Source: Leucoraja erinacea
Taxonomy: Eukaryota
Length of the DNA stretch: 64,000 nucleotides
Reading direction: 5' to 3'
Assembly: GCF_028641065.1 (NCBI RefSeq)
Contig: NC_073409.1
Location: 20,274,001-20,338,000, forward strand
Part shown: positions 1 to 12,173 of the stretch, piece by piece
Layout of the letters: each line of letters begins with the position of its first letter
Numbering within the stretch: the stretch's first letter is position 1
Notes under the pieces: model-generated
The model's database searches: none
Told to the model about the DNA's origin: nothing
What the model saw: only the letters and a program-made list of their open reading frames with translations
Program-made: the position numbers and the translations under genes

Positions 1-555
1 ATATATTTATATAATGGTATATGGACACACTGATCTGTTCTGTATTCATGCCTACTATATTCTGTTGTGCTGAAGCAAAGCAAGAATTTCATTGTCCTAT
101 CTGATACACATGACAATAAACTCTTGAATCTTGAACCCTGTGGAACAACATCACAGTGCCTCAGTCAAAACAAAATCTCATCCACCACTACTCTCTACTA
201 TCTACTGCCAAGCAACTTTTGAATGTAAAGCCCATGCAACCTCTGGATTGTTATAAAATCCATCTGGTTCATTGATATTTTTATTAAGGAAATGTAAAAA
301 TCGCTTGATCAGTTTGTATTCCTGGAAGTCTAGGGTAACAGAGTCAGGAGGCTGAATTTGTCCTTGTCAACACAAAAATATTGCCAACCAAACATGTAGC
401 TCGGAATGAAAAATAACCGCATCAAAGCAAACTTTACACAACCAAAGCTCTTATTGGACTGTCCCCATCAACTGTAAAGCGTTGATCACTTTCCCGTGAT
501 TGAAATCTCAGCGACATTGGAAAGGAAACTTCCATCGCGATTGTATTTACCAAAT

Positions 556-843
556 TAACTTTCATACTTGCGGTTAGTTGTAGATACAGTTTGGGGGCGG
601 GTACATTGGTGTTGTATTTGTCCGGAAGTCTTTTCCCGTGTTACGCGCGGGCAAGTGAGCAAGGTGTGAGGGGGCCGGAGTTTTGTTTTCTTGTGGGGAC
701 AGGAAGCGGTCGCAGAGTCAGTGTAGGAGATTGTTTCATTGGTAATTCAGCAGCGGGTGAAGGCACTGCAGCCGCGGGTTCAAGTCCCATCGCAGTCACA
801 TCTTTCTGACATTCAAATTACATCGAATTCACAGATACCCAAG
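556..843 (+). promoter_or_regulatory. Putative promoter and non-coding first exon of UGT A1
   Basis: GC box (GGGGCGGG ~594), CpG-rich relative to flanks, ends at strong donor AAG|GTATGT (GT at 844); repeated upstream of each UGT unit. Confidence 0.6.
741..798 (+). pseudogene. Degenerate tRNA-Leu-like sequence with anticodon/variable arm deleted (copies at 28669-28726 and 63696-63753)
   Basis: GGTAATTCAGCAGCGGGTGAAGGCACTG...GCGGGTTCAAGTCCCATCGCAGTCA resembles both ends of vertebrate tRNA-Leu (GGTAGCGTGGCCGAGCGGTCTAAGGCGCTG...GTGGGTTCGAATCCCACCGCTGCCA); B box retained. Confidence 0.45.
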
Positions 844-1758
844 GTATGTAAATTGAAAACACTTCCAAATTCTCCACCGTCTCTGTGTTGTAACAATGCA
901 TGCTTTCTAGTTACAGTTCCGGCAACGAATAGCAATATTTAATTTTCTTTTTATCCTGAACAAACTTGCCGAGAGCTTATTTTTTTTCAGACTCGATATT
1001 ATCTAAACACATATATTTTGTATCCTCCATACACACACATTTCTACTCCCCGGATTTCACTCAATAGTCAATAAAATCCAATATTCCATTCCTGGCCCAC
1101 TTGACTGTGTTTTTACTTTTAAGCTTTAAACTGAAGCCCATGTTTTGTCTGAAGAAGTGTCTCGACCTGTTCCTTCTCTCCAGAGATCTTGCCTGGCCCG
1201 CTGAGACACTCCAGCTTTTTGTGTCTATCCCATGTTTTGTTGCGGGCTTCACATACACACTTGGGTTTGTTGCAGTGTTCGCCTGATCTCCGATGAAGAA
1301 TGAGAGCCGTTTTAACGATCCCGATTAGGGTAATGCTGCTGTAAACTAGCTTCACCGCTAAACCACTTCATCCTACCGTGCTGAGTCCAGGCGCCAGCTC
1401 TCACACACCTTCGCATTGGCCACAACGCCACACTCAAGCACAGACTCCAATGTTACAGTTCCCTAATCCCGTACAACCTGTTTCCTTGATATCCGTCCCC
1501 TTTGATACCTCAATTTTCACTGCTTACCCTTCCATCATTACTTTTCTCAGTCTAAAGAAGGGTCTCGACCGGAAACGTCCCCCATTCCTTCTCTCCAGAG
1601 ATGCTGCCCGTCTTGCTGAGTTACTCAAGCATGTTGTGTCTGTCTTCATCGTAAAATCCACAAACAGGGCAGTCCCATTGTTTCTGCCTGCGCCGGCCCC
1701 ACACATCTCATCAACAAATTCCTCAATTCAGGGGCGGTACGGTGATGCATGCCTTATT

Positions 1759-2715
1759 TTGCAATGTTACAAAATCTTGAGATTTTAAATATCAAGTCTG
1801 CAATTTATCCCATCAGATAAAGCATAAAAATAAGTTTAATTTGACACCCAATTCACTTTCATATCTTTAGTATTAAAACGTGATGGCCATTTTCATACTT
1901 AGCATCTTGTTCCCTATTGCTTTTCCATTGACTTAACTTAAAAGTGTGATCGAGAACAGTCAGCAGCCCATAACTTTCTTAAAAATTAAGAGAATGAAAG
2001 AAATTTTCAGTTATTATAGATTAAAGCATTCTGAAACAAACATGAAACAATCTTACTTGGATGACCTGAAATTAAAGAATATAATTAGTTAGTTACCTAA
2101 TTGTAGCTAATTACAAAATTCAATTACTATATCTAAACATCGATCCATTTCTTAAGAAAAGGTTAACATTTTTAAATAGCCTGTGTTCAAATAACATTCA
2201 CACAAGAATTCACAATATAACATGATTTTTAAATCTCATTGTCACGAATTTATAGGCCAAATGGAAGGAATTTAGTTTAATTCCCGTAAATTAATGGCCA
2301 TTTTAATCATCTTGCAGTGGGTTTTTGTGAAACGCGATCGATTGGAACGTTGCGGTTTGCGGTGAATTTAAACCCCATATCGGCAGGAAAAACACTGCCG
2401 GTTAGTACGGGGCCCAAATCACATTTTCGCAACGTGAAATTTAGGAAAGCCATCCTAAGAAGCAAGTTTATATGTAAAAATATACGACTTACCTTGCTTT
2501 GTCCCGTACGCGAGATCCGTTCCGTTGCCTGTATTGACGGCGTTCTAGGTCGCTTTTTACTCCAGTGCTGAAATTGTTCAGCGGTTTTAAAAAAAACAAT
2601 TCCGAGTACGACAGTCGAAACAATTTTTCAGTATTAGGTAGAAGCCCGAGAAAGTATGGCACACGACCAGTGGCAGAACTGCAGCGCCGCTGAAGGTGAG
2701 TTTTGGAACATACCT
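1759..2715. mobile_element. Non-autonomous DNA transposon inserted in an HE1-like SINE
   Basis: Imperfect TIR (GCAATGTTACAAAA / TTTTGGAACATACCT), degenerate 8-bp TSD gccttatt/accttact; copies at 29941-31352 and 62255-63292. Confidence 0.75.
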
Positions 2716-2995
2716 ACCTTACTGCGCCAGAGACCCCGGTTCAATCCTGACAATGGGTGCTGTCTGGACGGATTGTACGTTCTCCCAGTGACCTGCGTGG
2801 GTTTCCTCCGGCTGCTGCGGTTTCCTTCTACTCTCCAAAGACGTTCAGGTTTGGAGGTTAATTGGCCTGGTAACATTCTAAATTGTCCTTAATGTGTGTG
2901 GGATAGTGTCAGTATGCGGGGATCGCTGGTCGGCATGGACTCGGTGGGCCGAAGGGCCTGTTTCCATGCTCTATCTCTGAACTAAACTAATTTAA
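2716..2995 (+). mobile_element. HE1-like tRNA-derived V-SINE (representative; others near 6551, 8510-8790, 25760, 26350, 27481-27787, 31353, 46150, 55060, 58640, 61250-61900)
   Basis: tRNA-like head, V-domain core (gtacgttctccc...gtgggtttcctccgg), CR1-derived tail ending gggccgaagggcctgtttcc...aactaaact. Confidence 0.75.
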
Positions 2996-3284
2996 ACTAC
3001 CTTGTCCCCCCTTGTCCGATTTACATGTGAGACACCTCAGAGCTCTTCAACACTTTAATAACTTTCAATTCCTAGGTCCCCATTGCCTCAGTATGGACGA
3101 TCAGTATATTCCACCGTTCCACGGTCTTTCTTGAACAGAAACTAAATCGGTTCTCCTCTACACTCACCTCCACCTTCTGAAATCTGTCCTCACCCTGTTG
3201 GCTCCTCTCTCTTTCTTCAAGTCTTATGTTTGGCACGGCTGCACAATGAGATAGCGGTAGAGTTACTGCCTGATAGCGACCAGT

Positions 3285-6200
3285 GCCACGGGCTAGTAGA
3301 AATAGGAGGATATTGCCGATGAATACGTGGCTTGAAAAATGGTGCAAGGGGGTGGGATTCAAATTTCTAGGTCATTGGAACCAGTTCTGGGGGAGGTGGG
3401 ACCAGTACAAACACGACAGTCTGCACCTGGGCTAGAATGGAACCAATGTCCTTGGGGGAGTGTTTGCTAGTACTGTCGGGGAGGATTTAAACTAATGTGG
3501 CAGGGGGATCGGTGCGAGAGGCAGAGGGGTGTAAAATGAGGGTAGAAGCAATAGGTAGCAAGGTGAAAAGTAAAAGTGGCAGGCAGACAAATACAGGGCA
3601 AAAATCAAAAAGGGTCACTTTTCAACATAATTGTATAAGGAGTAAGAGTGTTGTAAAAACAAGCCTGGAGGCTTTGTATCTTAATGCAAGGAGCATTCAT
3701 AATAAGGTGGATGAGTTGAATGTGCAGATAGTTATTAATGAATATGATATCGTTGGGATCACAGAGACATGGCTCCAGGGTGACCAAGGCTGGGAGCTGA
3801 ACATCCAGGGATATTCAATATTCAGGAGGGAAAGACAGAAAGGAAAAGGAGGCAGGGTAGCGTTGCTGGTTAGAGAGGAGATTAACGCAATAGAAAGGAA
3901 GGACATTAGCTTGGAGGATGTGGAATCGATATGGGTAGAGCTGCGAAACACTAAGGGGCAGAAAATGCTAGTGGGAGTTGTGTACAGGCCACCTAACAGT
4001 AGTAGTGGAGTTGGGGATGGCATCAAACAGGAAATTAGAAGTGCGTGCAACAAAGGTAAAACAATTATAATGGGTGACTTCAATCTACATATAGTTTGGG
4101 TGAATCAAATTGGCAGGGGTGCTGAGGAAGAGAATTTCTTGGAATGTTTGCGGGATAATTTTCTAAACCAACATGTAGAGGAACCAACGAGAGAGCAAGC
4201 TATTCTAGGCTGGGTATTGAGTAATGAAGAAGGGTTAGTTAGCAGTCTTGTTGTGCGTGGCCCCTTGGGCAAGAGTGACCATAATATGGTTGAGTTCTTC
4301 ATTAGGATGGAGAGTGACATTGTTAATTCAGAAACAAGGGTCCTGAACTTAAAGAAAGGTGACTTTGAGGGTATGAGACGTGAATTGGCCAAGATAGACT
4401 GGCAAATGATTCTTAAATGGTTGACGGTGGATATGCAATGGAAGGCATTTAAAAACTGCATGGATGAACTACAAAAATTGTTCATCCCAGTTTGGCAAAA
4501 GAATAAATCAGGGAAGGTAGTGCATCTGTGGATAACAACGGAAATCAGGGATAGTATCAAAACAAAAGATGATGCGTACAAATTAGCCAGAAAAAGCAGC
4601 CTACCAGATGACTGGGAGAAATTCAGAGTCCAGCAGAGGAGGACAAAAGGGAAAGGGAAATTAGGAATTAGGAAAGGGAAAATAGATTATGAAAGAAAAC
4701 TGGCAGGGAACATAAAAACTGACTGCAAAAGTTTTTATAGATATGTGAAGAGGAAAAGCTTAGTTAAAACAAATGTAGGTCCCTTGCAGTCAGAAACAGG
4801 GGAATTGATCATGGGGAAAAAGGACATGGCAGACCAATTGAATAACTACTTTGGTTCTGCCTTCACTAAGGAAAGCATCTATAATCTGCCGGAAATAGCA
4901 AGGGGCCGGGGGTTAAATGAGATGGAGGAACTGAGTGAAATCCGGGTTAGTGGTGTTGGGTAAATTGAATGGATTAAAGGCCGATAAATCCCCAGGGCCA
5001 GATAAATTGCATCCCAGAGTACTTAAGGAAGTAGCCGCAGAAATAGTGGATGCATTAGTGATAATTTTTCAAAACTCTTTAGATGCTGGAGTAGTTCCTG
5101 AGGACTGGAGGGTAGCTAATGTAACCCACTTTTTAAAAAGGGAGGGAGAGAGAAAACGGGGAATTACAGACCAGTTAGTCTAACATCGGTGGTTGGGAAA
5201 ATTCTGGAGTCAGTTATTAAAGATGGGAAAGCAGCACATTTGGAAAGTGGTGAATTCATTGGACAAATTCAGCATGGATTTATGAAAGGTAAATCATGTC
5301 TGACGAATCTTATCAAATTTTTCGAGGATATAACTAGTATGTAACTAGAACCAGTGGATGTGTTATATCTGGACTTTCAGAAGGCTTTCGACAAGGTCCC
5401 ACATAAGAGATTAGTATACAAACTTAAAGCACACGGTATTGGGGGTTCAGTATTGATGTGGATAGAGAACTGGCTGGCAGACAGGAAGCAAACAGTAGGA
5501 GTAAACGGGTCCTTTTCAGAATGGCAGGCAGTGACTAGTGGGGTACCGCAAGGCTCAGTGCTGGGACCCCAGCTATTTACAATATATATATTAATGATCT
5601 GAATGAGGGAATTGAATGCAACATCTCCAAGTTTACGGATGACACGAAGCTGGGGGGCAGTGTTAGCTGTGAGGAGGATGCTAGGAGGCTGCAAGGTGAC
5701 TTGGATAGGTAGGGTGAGTGGGCAAATGTTTGGCAGATGCAGTATAATGTGGATAAATGTGAGGTTATCCACTTTGGTGGCAAAAACAGGAAAGTAGACT
5801 ATTATTTGAATGGTGGCCGATGAGGAAAAGGGGAGATGCAACGAGACCTGGGTGTCATGGTACACCATTCATTGAAAGTAGGCATGCAGGTAGTGAAGAA
5901 AGCAAATGGTATGTTAGCCTTCATAGCAAAAGGATTTGAGTATAGGAGCAGGGAGGTTTTACTGCAGTTGTACAGGGTCTTGGTGAGACCACACCTGGAA
6001 TATTGCATACAGTTTTGGTCTAATCTGAGGAAAGACATTCTTTCCATAGAGGGAGTACAGAGAAGGTTCACCAGTCTGATTCCTCGGATGGCAGGACTTT
6101 CATATGAAGAAAGACTGGGTAGACTTGGCTTGTACACGCTAGAATTTGGAAGATTGAGGGGGGATCTTATAGAAAATTACAAAATTCTTAAGGGGTTGGA

Positions 6201-6550
6201 CAGGCTAGATGTAGGAAGATTATTCCCGAGGTTGGGGAAGTCCAAAACTAGGGGTCACAGTTTAAGTATAAGAGGGAAGTCTTTTAGGACCGAGATGAGA
6301 AAATCATTTTTTACACAGTGAGTGGTGAATCTATGGAATTCTCTGCCACAGAAGGTAGTTGAGGCCAGTTCATTGGCTAGATATCAGAGGGAGTTAGATG
6401 TGGCCCTTGTGGCTAAAGGGATCAGGGGGTATGGAGAGAAGGCAGCGATGGGATACTGAGTTGGATGATCAGCCATGATCATATCGAATGGCGGTGCAGG
6501 CTCGAAGGATCGAATGGCCTACTCCTGCACCTATTTTCTATGTTTCTATG
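3285..6550 (+). mobile_element. CR1/HER1-like LINE (end of ORF1 esterase plus disrupted ORF2 APE-RT), inserted in an HE1-like SINE
   Basis: APE motifs (LYLNARS, GITETW, MGDFN, SDHN), RT motifs ([20 protein letters not shown]), frameshifts and stops, (TTCTATG)n tail. Confidence 0.93.
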
Positions 6551-7025
6551 ACAGAGACCCGGGCTCAATCCTGACTACGGGTGCTGTTTGTACGTTCTCC
6601 CTGTGACCTGGGTTGGTTTCCCCCGCATCCTCTGGTTTCCTCCCACACGTGCAGGTTTGTAGATTCATTGGCTTCTGCAAAGTGTGAATTGACCAGAGTG
6701 TGCAGGAGAGCGCTAGTGTACGGCGTGATCACTGGTCGGCGTGGCCTCGGTGGACTGATGGACCTGTTTCCACGCTGTCTCCCTTAAGTCCATTGACACT
6801 CGCATGGATTACAGCTGTGCCTGTTATGTCAAACTATCCATGAACCAAGCGTACACTGGCACCATCCCCAACTCTTTCTCCACATTGACGACAGAATCGG
6901 GGCTGCCTCCTCCACCCATGCTGAACTCGACATGCTGCCTGTCCCACTGAGTTACTCCAGCATTTTGCATCCATCTTCGGTGTAAACCAGCATCTGCAGT
7001 TCCTTCCTAACCCTATTTTCCACAG

Positions 7026-7120
7026 CAGTTCTCAATCTGTGAACACGTATGTATTTACCGACCAAAAGCCAAGTCAGGGCAGAACACTGTGCTGTAGCTA
7101 AATACATTTGAATGTTACAG
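7026..7120 (+). other. Candidate internal 5'-UTR exon of UGT A1 (paralogue about 36028-36119)
   Basis: Branch-like CCTAAC, pyrimidine tract and CAG acceptor at 7025; consensus donor CAG|GTGAGT at 7121. Confidence 0.4.
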
Positions 7121-7923
7121 GTGAGTAATGCAGGTGTGTCCCATTCTCACCCTGAAATGGACAACAATTACAGGACATCCCAAATCAGCAAAGAACCTGT
7201 TGGCCATCACAGGTCATTCTGGTGGAAGATCTGTTTCTCTGATCATTCCGCTACGACATTTGCATCTACAAAGTTACAATTTACCATTCCACCATTGCGT
7301 GTGACACTGCTCTGTGTGTTGCAAGGTCTTGTTCCTTGAACCAGTAGAACCTGCTGTATCTGTTGTTCCATATTCCTGTTCCAACCTATCCCTCTGGTTG
7401 ATTGGGTTATTCCTGCTTCCAAATCATGTTTACAAAGGGGGACCGGTGCGGGGGTCGGGGGGGTGGACTTTAGTTTTAGAATACTCTGCCCAGGGAATAA
7501 CCCTGTGTTTGTTTGTTTGTTGTATATTATGAAGGCGTTGTGCACACGGCAGCCAATCAACAGTCGCTAGTCATTTTCTTTATTTGCACTTTAATTTCAG
7601 GTTTTTGCGTACCTTGCGTGTTGTGACTGTTGGCAGACCAATTTCCCTCCGGCGATGAATAACACGTTATTGTATCGTACCGTACATGTTGAGTAGGAAG
7701 GGACTGCAGATGCTGGAGGTAGGAACAAAATGTTGGAGTAACTTAGCGGGTCAGGCAGCATTCCTGGAGAAAAAGGATGGGTCACATTTCTGGGCGGAAC
7801 AAGTCTGAAGAAGAGTTCTAACCCAAAACATCACCTATTCTTTTTCTCCAGAGATACTGCCCAACTCGCTCAGCATTTTATGTCCATCTTTGGTATAAAG
7901 AAGGGTTGCGTCCTGAAGCGTTA

Positions 7924-8417
7924 AGGGCCTGTCCCACCAGCATGCGATTGCATGTGTCTAGCGCGACCAAACATGGTCGCTTGAGGCGTACGGCCTCGCG
8001 GGGCCGGTCCCACTTTGTGCGGGGCTGGTCCCGACATCATACTCACCAATGAGCTGGGCAGGAGGCGGGCCGACTGAATTTGGACGTCGCACGGTGTCGG
8101 GCGGTGACGTCATTGCGCAACGCCACGCGCTAGTAGTACGCCATCAAGACGCTGCGTATGACGTCAAGACGCTGTGTACGCCCATCAATGCGTTGCGTGC
8201 GGCCTCAATGCGGCTGCAGGCCAGCAGTCCGTTGTCGCGCGGGATTTTCGAACAGTGCAAGATTTTTGGAGCCCTGCGCAATGTCGGGACCAGTCCCGCA
8301 CAACTCCATACGCCTCCGCCGATCAAAGTGGGACCGGCCCCGCGAGGCCGTACGCCTCAAGCGACCACGTTTGGTCGCGCTAGACGCATGCTATCGCATG
8401 CTGGTGGGACAGGCCCT
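7924..8417. mobile_element. PIF/Harbinger-type MITE
   Basis: Long TIRs starting AGGGCCTGTCCCACCAGCATGCG; TTA on both sides. Confidence 0.8.
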
Positions 8418-8949
8418 TTACCTATTCTTTTTCTCCAGAGATGCTGTCTGACCCGCTGAGTTTCTCCATGTATTTGTGTCGATCTTTATATCTTGAGTCA
8501 ACTATATTTAAGTTTTTAGACTTTAGCAATACAATGTGGAAACAGGCCCTTCAGCCCACTGAGTCCAGGCTGACCAATGATCCCCTTACACTTGCACTAT
8601 CCACACATTGCAATTTACAGAAGCCAATTAACCTACAAACCTGCACATTTGGAATGTGGGAGGAAACTGGAGCACCTGGAGCAAACCCACACAATCATGG
8701 GGAGAAGGTACAAATTCCGGACAGACAGCACCGGTCATCAGGATTGAACCCAGGTCTCTGGCACTGAGACAGCAACTCTACCGCTGAGTCACCTCACTCT
8801 CAGTAATGTTTCTACTGTACTGTAAACCTCCAGTGGAAAAGATCCACTTTTCAACTGATTGAAATGGAGCAAAGCGATTGTTCATTTTTGCGCCTGAGAT
8901 CAGATCCTCCTCAACATATTGGCCACAGAGATCATCAATGGGTACGTAT

Positions 8950-10075
8950 AAGGCAGATATTTATAGATTATTGATTAGTAAGGGTGCCAGTAGTTATGGG
9001 GAATAGGCAATAGACAATAGGTGCAGGAGTAGGCCATTCGGCCCTTCGGGCCAGCACTGCCATTGACTGTGATCATGGCTGATCATCCACAATCAGTACC
9101 CCGTTCCTGCCTTCTTCCCATATCTCTTGGTTCTGCTATCTTTAAGCTCTTGAAAGCATCCAGATAATTGGCCTCCACTGCCTTCTGAGGCAGAGAATTC
9201 CACGGATTCACACACTCTGGGGGAAAAGGTTTTTCCTCATCTCCGTTCTAAATGGCCAATCCCTCATTCTAAACTGTGGCCCCTGGTACTGGACTGCCCC
9301 AACATCGGGAACATGTTTCCTGCCTCTAGCATGTCCAATCCCTTAATAATCTTATATGTTTTCCTCTTTCATCCTTCTAAATTCCAGTGTAAACAAGGCC
9401 AGCCGGTCCATTCTTTCAGCATATGACAGTCCCGCCATTCCGGGAATTAACCTTGTGAACCTCTGCTGCACTCCCTCAATAGCAGGAATGTCCTTCCTCA
9501 AATTTAGAGACCATAACTGCACAAAATACTCCCGATGTGACTTCACTAGGGCACTAGGTCAAATACAGAATTACCTCTTTGCTCCTATACTAAACAGCTC
9601 TTGTTATCAAGGCCAACCTGCTATTAGCTTTCTTCACTGCCTGTTGTTTCTGCATGCGCAATTTGTGATTGATGGACAAAGACACCCAGGATTCATTGTG
9701 CTTCCCCTTTTCCTAATGACACCATTCAGATAATAATCTACCTTCCTGTTCCAGCAAGGTGGATAACCTCACATTTATCCACATTAAACTGCATCTGGCA
9801 CGCATCCGCCCACTCACCCAACCTGTCCAAGTCACCCTGACTCCTCATAGCATCCTCCTCACAGTTCACACTGCCACGCAGCTTTGTGTCACCTGCAAAT
9901 TTGCTAATGTTATGTTTAATCAATTTAAATCATTGATGTATATTGTAAATAGCTGCAGTCCCAGCGCTGAGCCTTGCGGTGCCCCACTAAGGGACCCGTT
10001 TATCCCTACTCTTTGTTTCCTGTCTGCCAACCTATTTTCTATCCAGGTCAGTACCTTATCCCCAATACCATGCTC
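8950..10075 (-). mobile_element. Degenerate CR1 LINE 3' fragment
   Basis: ISKFAGDTKL and AIEGVQQRFTRLIP on the minus strand. Confidence 0.85.
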
Positions 10076-10559
10076 TTTGGCCCTCAGAGTCCATGCCAAC
10101 CATCGATCGCATGCTAGTTCTGTATGGTCTCAATTTCCCATCCACTCTCTCCACACTTGAGGCAATATACAGAGGCCAATTAAACTACAACCCTGCATGT
10201 GTTTGGGATGTGGGAGGAAACTGGTGGCGGACTAACTCATCGGGTCAGGCAGCATCGATGGTGAACGTGAACAGGTTATGTTTTGGATGTCAACGGGTTA
10301 TGGGGCGACGGCAGGAGAATGGGGTTGAGAGAGAAAGATAGATTAGCAATGATAGAATGGTGGAGTAGATTTGATGGGCTGAATGGCCTAATTCTGCCCC
10401 AATAATTTATGAACATTGAATCTATCCCTGAAGAGATGAGTTACCTCTCTAAGGTGCTCCAGCACTTTGTGTCTTTATTCTCCTTTTGCCAATGTTTGTC
10501 ACTTACCAACATTTCTGGTCAATTCTACCACAGGATCAGTGTGATCATCTTTCCTCAAC

Positions 10560-12173
10560 ATGGGTGGTCTTGGATGGAGAAGCAGATCAAATGTCATATT
10601 TATTCTCGGTATCATCTTCGCCCTGTCTTGTCCAATTACCCAAGCAGCTAGAATATTGGTCGTGCCAGTTGATGGAAGTCACTGGATCAATATGAAAATT
10701 CTAATGGAAGAGCTGAACCTTCGTGGCCACAACATGACTGTGCTTTGTTACTCCGCAAACTGGTACATCAAAGAGAGACCCGATCTGTATCAAACCATCA
10801 CAGTTCAAGCACAAGAAAACATTGAAGCAGCTTCAAGGAAAGAAGTGATGGAAACATTTGTGCAAATGTCACTGGACAGGTTACAGAATGGTCACACACT
10901 ATGGGGCAACATAATGTTACAAATTCGAATGCTTATGTTTAAGTACAATTTCCATAGAATTTATCAAAATTTCAACATTGCGATTTTTGAAAACAAAACC
11001 TTGTTGAATCAATTTGAAAATGCAAACTTTGACCTAATACTCACAGATCCTATATTTGGTACTGGGCCAATGCTTGCGTATTATTTAAAAGTGCCGCTGG
11101 TGTACAACATACGATGGCAGATCAATGGGGAAGCCCATTTTCTCACTGCCCCGTCACCACTTTCCTACATCCCACTTCCTGGCTCACATCTCACAGACAA
11201 AATGGATTTTCTCCAAAGAACAAAAAATGTCATTCACAGTCTCTTTCACCACTTGATTTCTGAATTTATGATGTATCCACTTTATAATGAAATCTGCCAT
11301 CGGTATCTGGGACCAGACACGGACATCAAGTCGATTCTCCTCAGAGCTGATGTGTGGCTGATGAGGGTGGATTTTGTGTTTGAATTCCCAAGACCCACCA
11401 TGCCAAACATTGTGTACATCGGAGGCTTCCAGTGTAAACCAGCACAGCCTCTGGCAGCAGAGTTTGAGGAGTTTGCCCAAAGCTCACGGAAACATGGACT
11501 TGTTGTAATGTCATTGGGTGCCATTGTCGACTCTTTACCAATGGAGATTACAATGAAAATAGCAGAAGCTTTATCTCAAATCCCCCAGAAGGTTATCTGG
11601 AGATATGATGGTGAGACCCCTCCCAATATAGGGAATAATACACTGTTGGCAAAATGGATCCCTCAGAACGACCTGCTGGGTCACCCCAACACACGAGCCT
11701 TTGTTTCACACGGAGGCACCAATGGGATTTATGAAGCCATCTACCATGGGGTGCCAGTGGTCGGCATGCCTCTGCTTTTTGACCAGTTTGACAATTTACT
11801 CAAGCTCGAATCCCGAGGAACAGCAAAAGTGATCAACATTGCAACGATGCACTCCACAGATCTGTTGCAGGCACTCAACGAGGTGATAAACGACGCATCT
11901 TATGGGGACAACATGAAGAGACTCTCCGCTCTTCATCGGGACCAGCCAGAGTCGCCAATGGAGAGAGCCGTTTTCTGGGTTGAGTACGTTGCCCGACACA
12001 AAGGAGCAGGGCATTTGCGCTCAGAATCCCACCGACTCCCCTGGTACGCTTACTATTGTGTAGATGTGATGATCTTTCTGTTGTCTGTGTTACTCCTGCT
12101 CACTGTGTTGGTGGTTGGAACACTGAAGAAACTTTGTCGTATTGCAATGAAGAAAAAGCAAAAAATTCATTAA
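10560..12173 (+). CDS. UDP-glucuronosyltransferase, single coding exon (UGT5-like), copy A1, 537 aa
   Basis: Uninterrupted ORF with signal peptide, catalytic-His motif VPVDGSHW, FEFPRPTMPN, UGT signature WIPQNDLLGHPNTRAFVSHGGTNGIYEAIYHGVPVVGMPLLFDQ, C-terminal TM helix and KxKxx ER-retrieval end (KQKIH). Splice acceptor ...taccacAG at 10533, 26 nt before the ATG. Confidence 0.96.
   Translation: MGGLGWRSRSNVIFILGIIFALSCPITQAARILVVPVDGSHWINMKILMEELNLRGHNMTVLCYSANWYIKERPDLYQTITVQAQENIEAASRKEVMETFVQMSLDRLQNGHTLWGNIMLQIRMLMFKYNFHRIYQNFNIAIFENKTLLNQFENANFDLILTDPIFGTGPMLAYYLKVPLVYNIRWQINGEAHFLTAPSPLSYIPLPGSHLTDKMDFLQRTKNVIHSLFHHLISEFMMYPLYNEICHRYLGPDTDIKSILLRADVWLMRVDFVFEFPRPTMPNIVYIGGFQCKPAQPLAAEFEEFAQSSRKHGLVVMSLGAIVDSLPMEITMKIAEALSQIPQKVIWRYDGETPPNIGNNTLLAKWIPQNDLLGHPNTRAFVSHGGTNGIYEAIYHGVPVVGMPLLFDQFDNLLKLESRGTAKVINIATMHSTDLLQALNEVINDASYGDNMKRLSALHRDQPESPMERAVFWVEYVARHKGAGHLRSESHRLPWYAYYCVDVMIFLLSVLLLLTVLVVGTLKKLCRIAMKKKQKIH

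Noticed and set aside
1379-1388. TGCTGAGTCC as an Nrf2 antioxidant response element
   Set aside because: Mismatch to the TGCTGAGTCA core; too short to support from sequence alone.
591-1788. Short ORFs repeated in all three units (e.g. MGAGTLVLYL..., MVIQQRVK...)
   Set aside because: Mostly non-ATG starts, no recognisable domains; recurrence is explained by recent segmental duplication, and frames shift with TE insertions.
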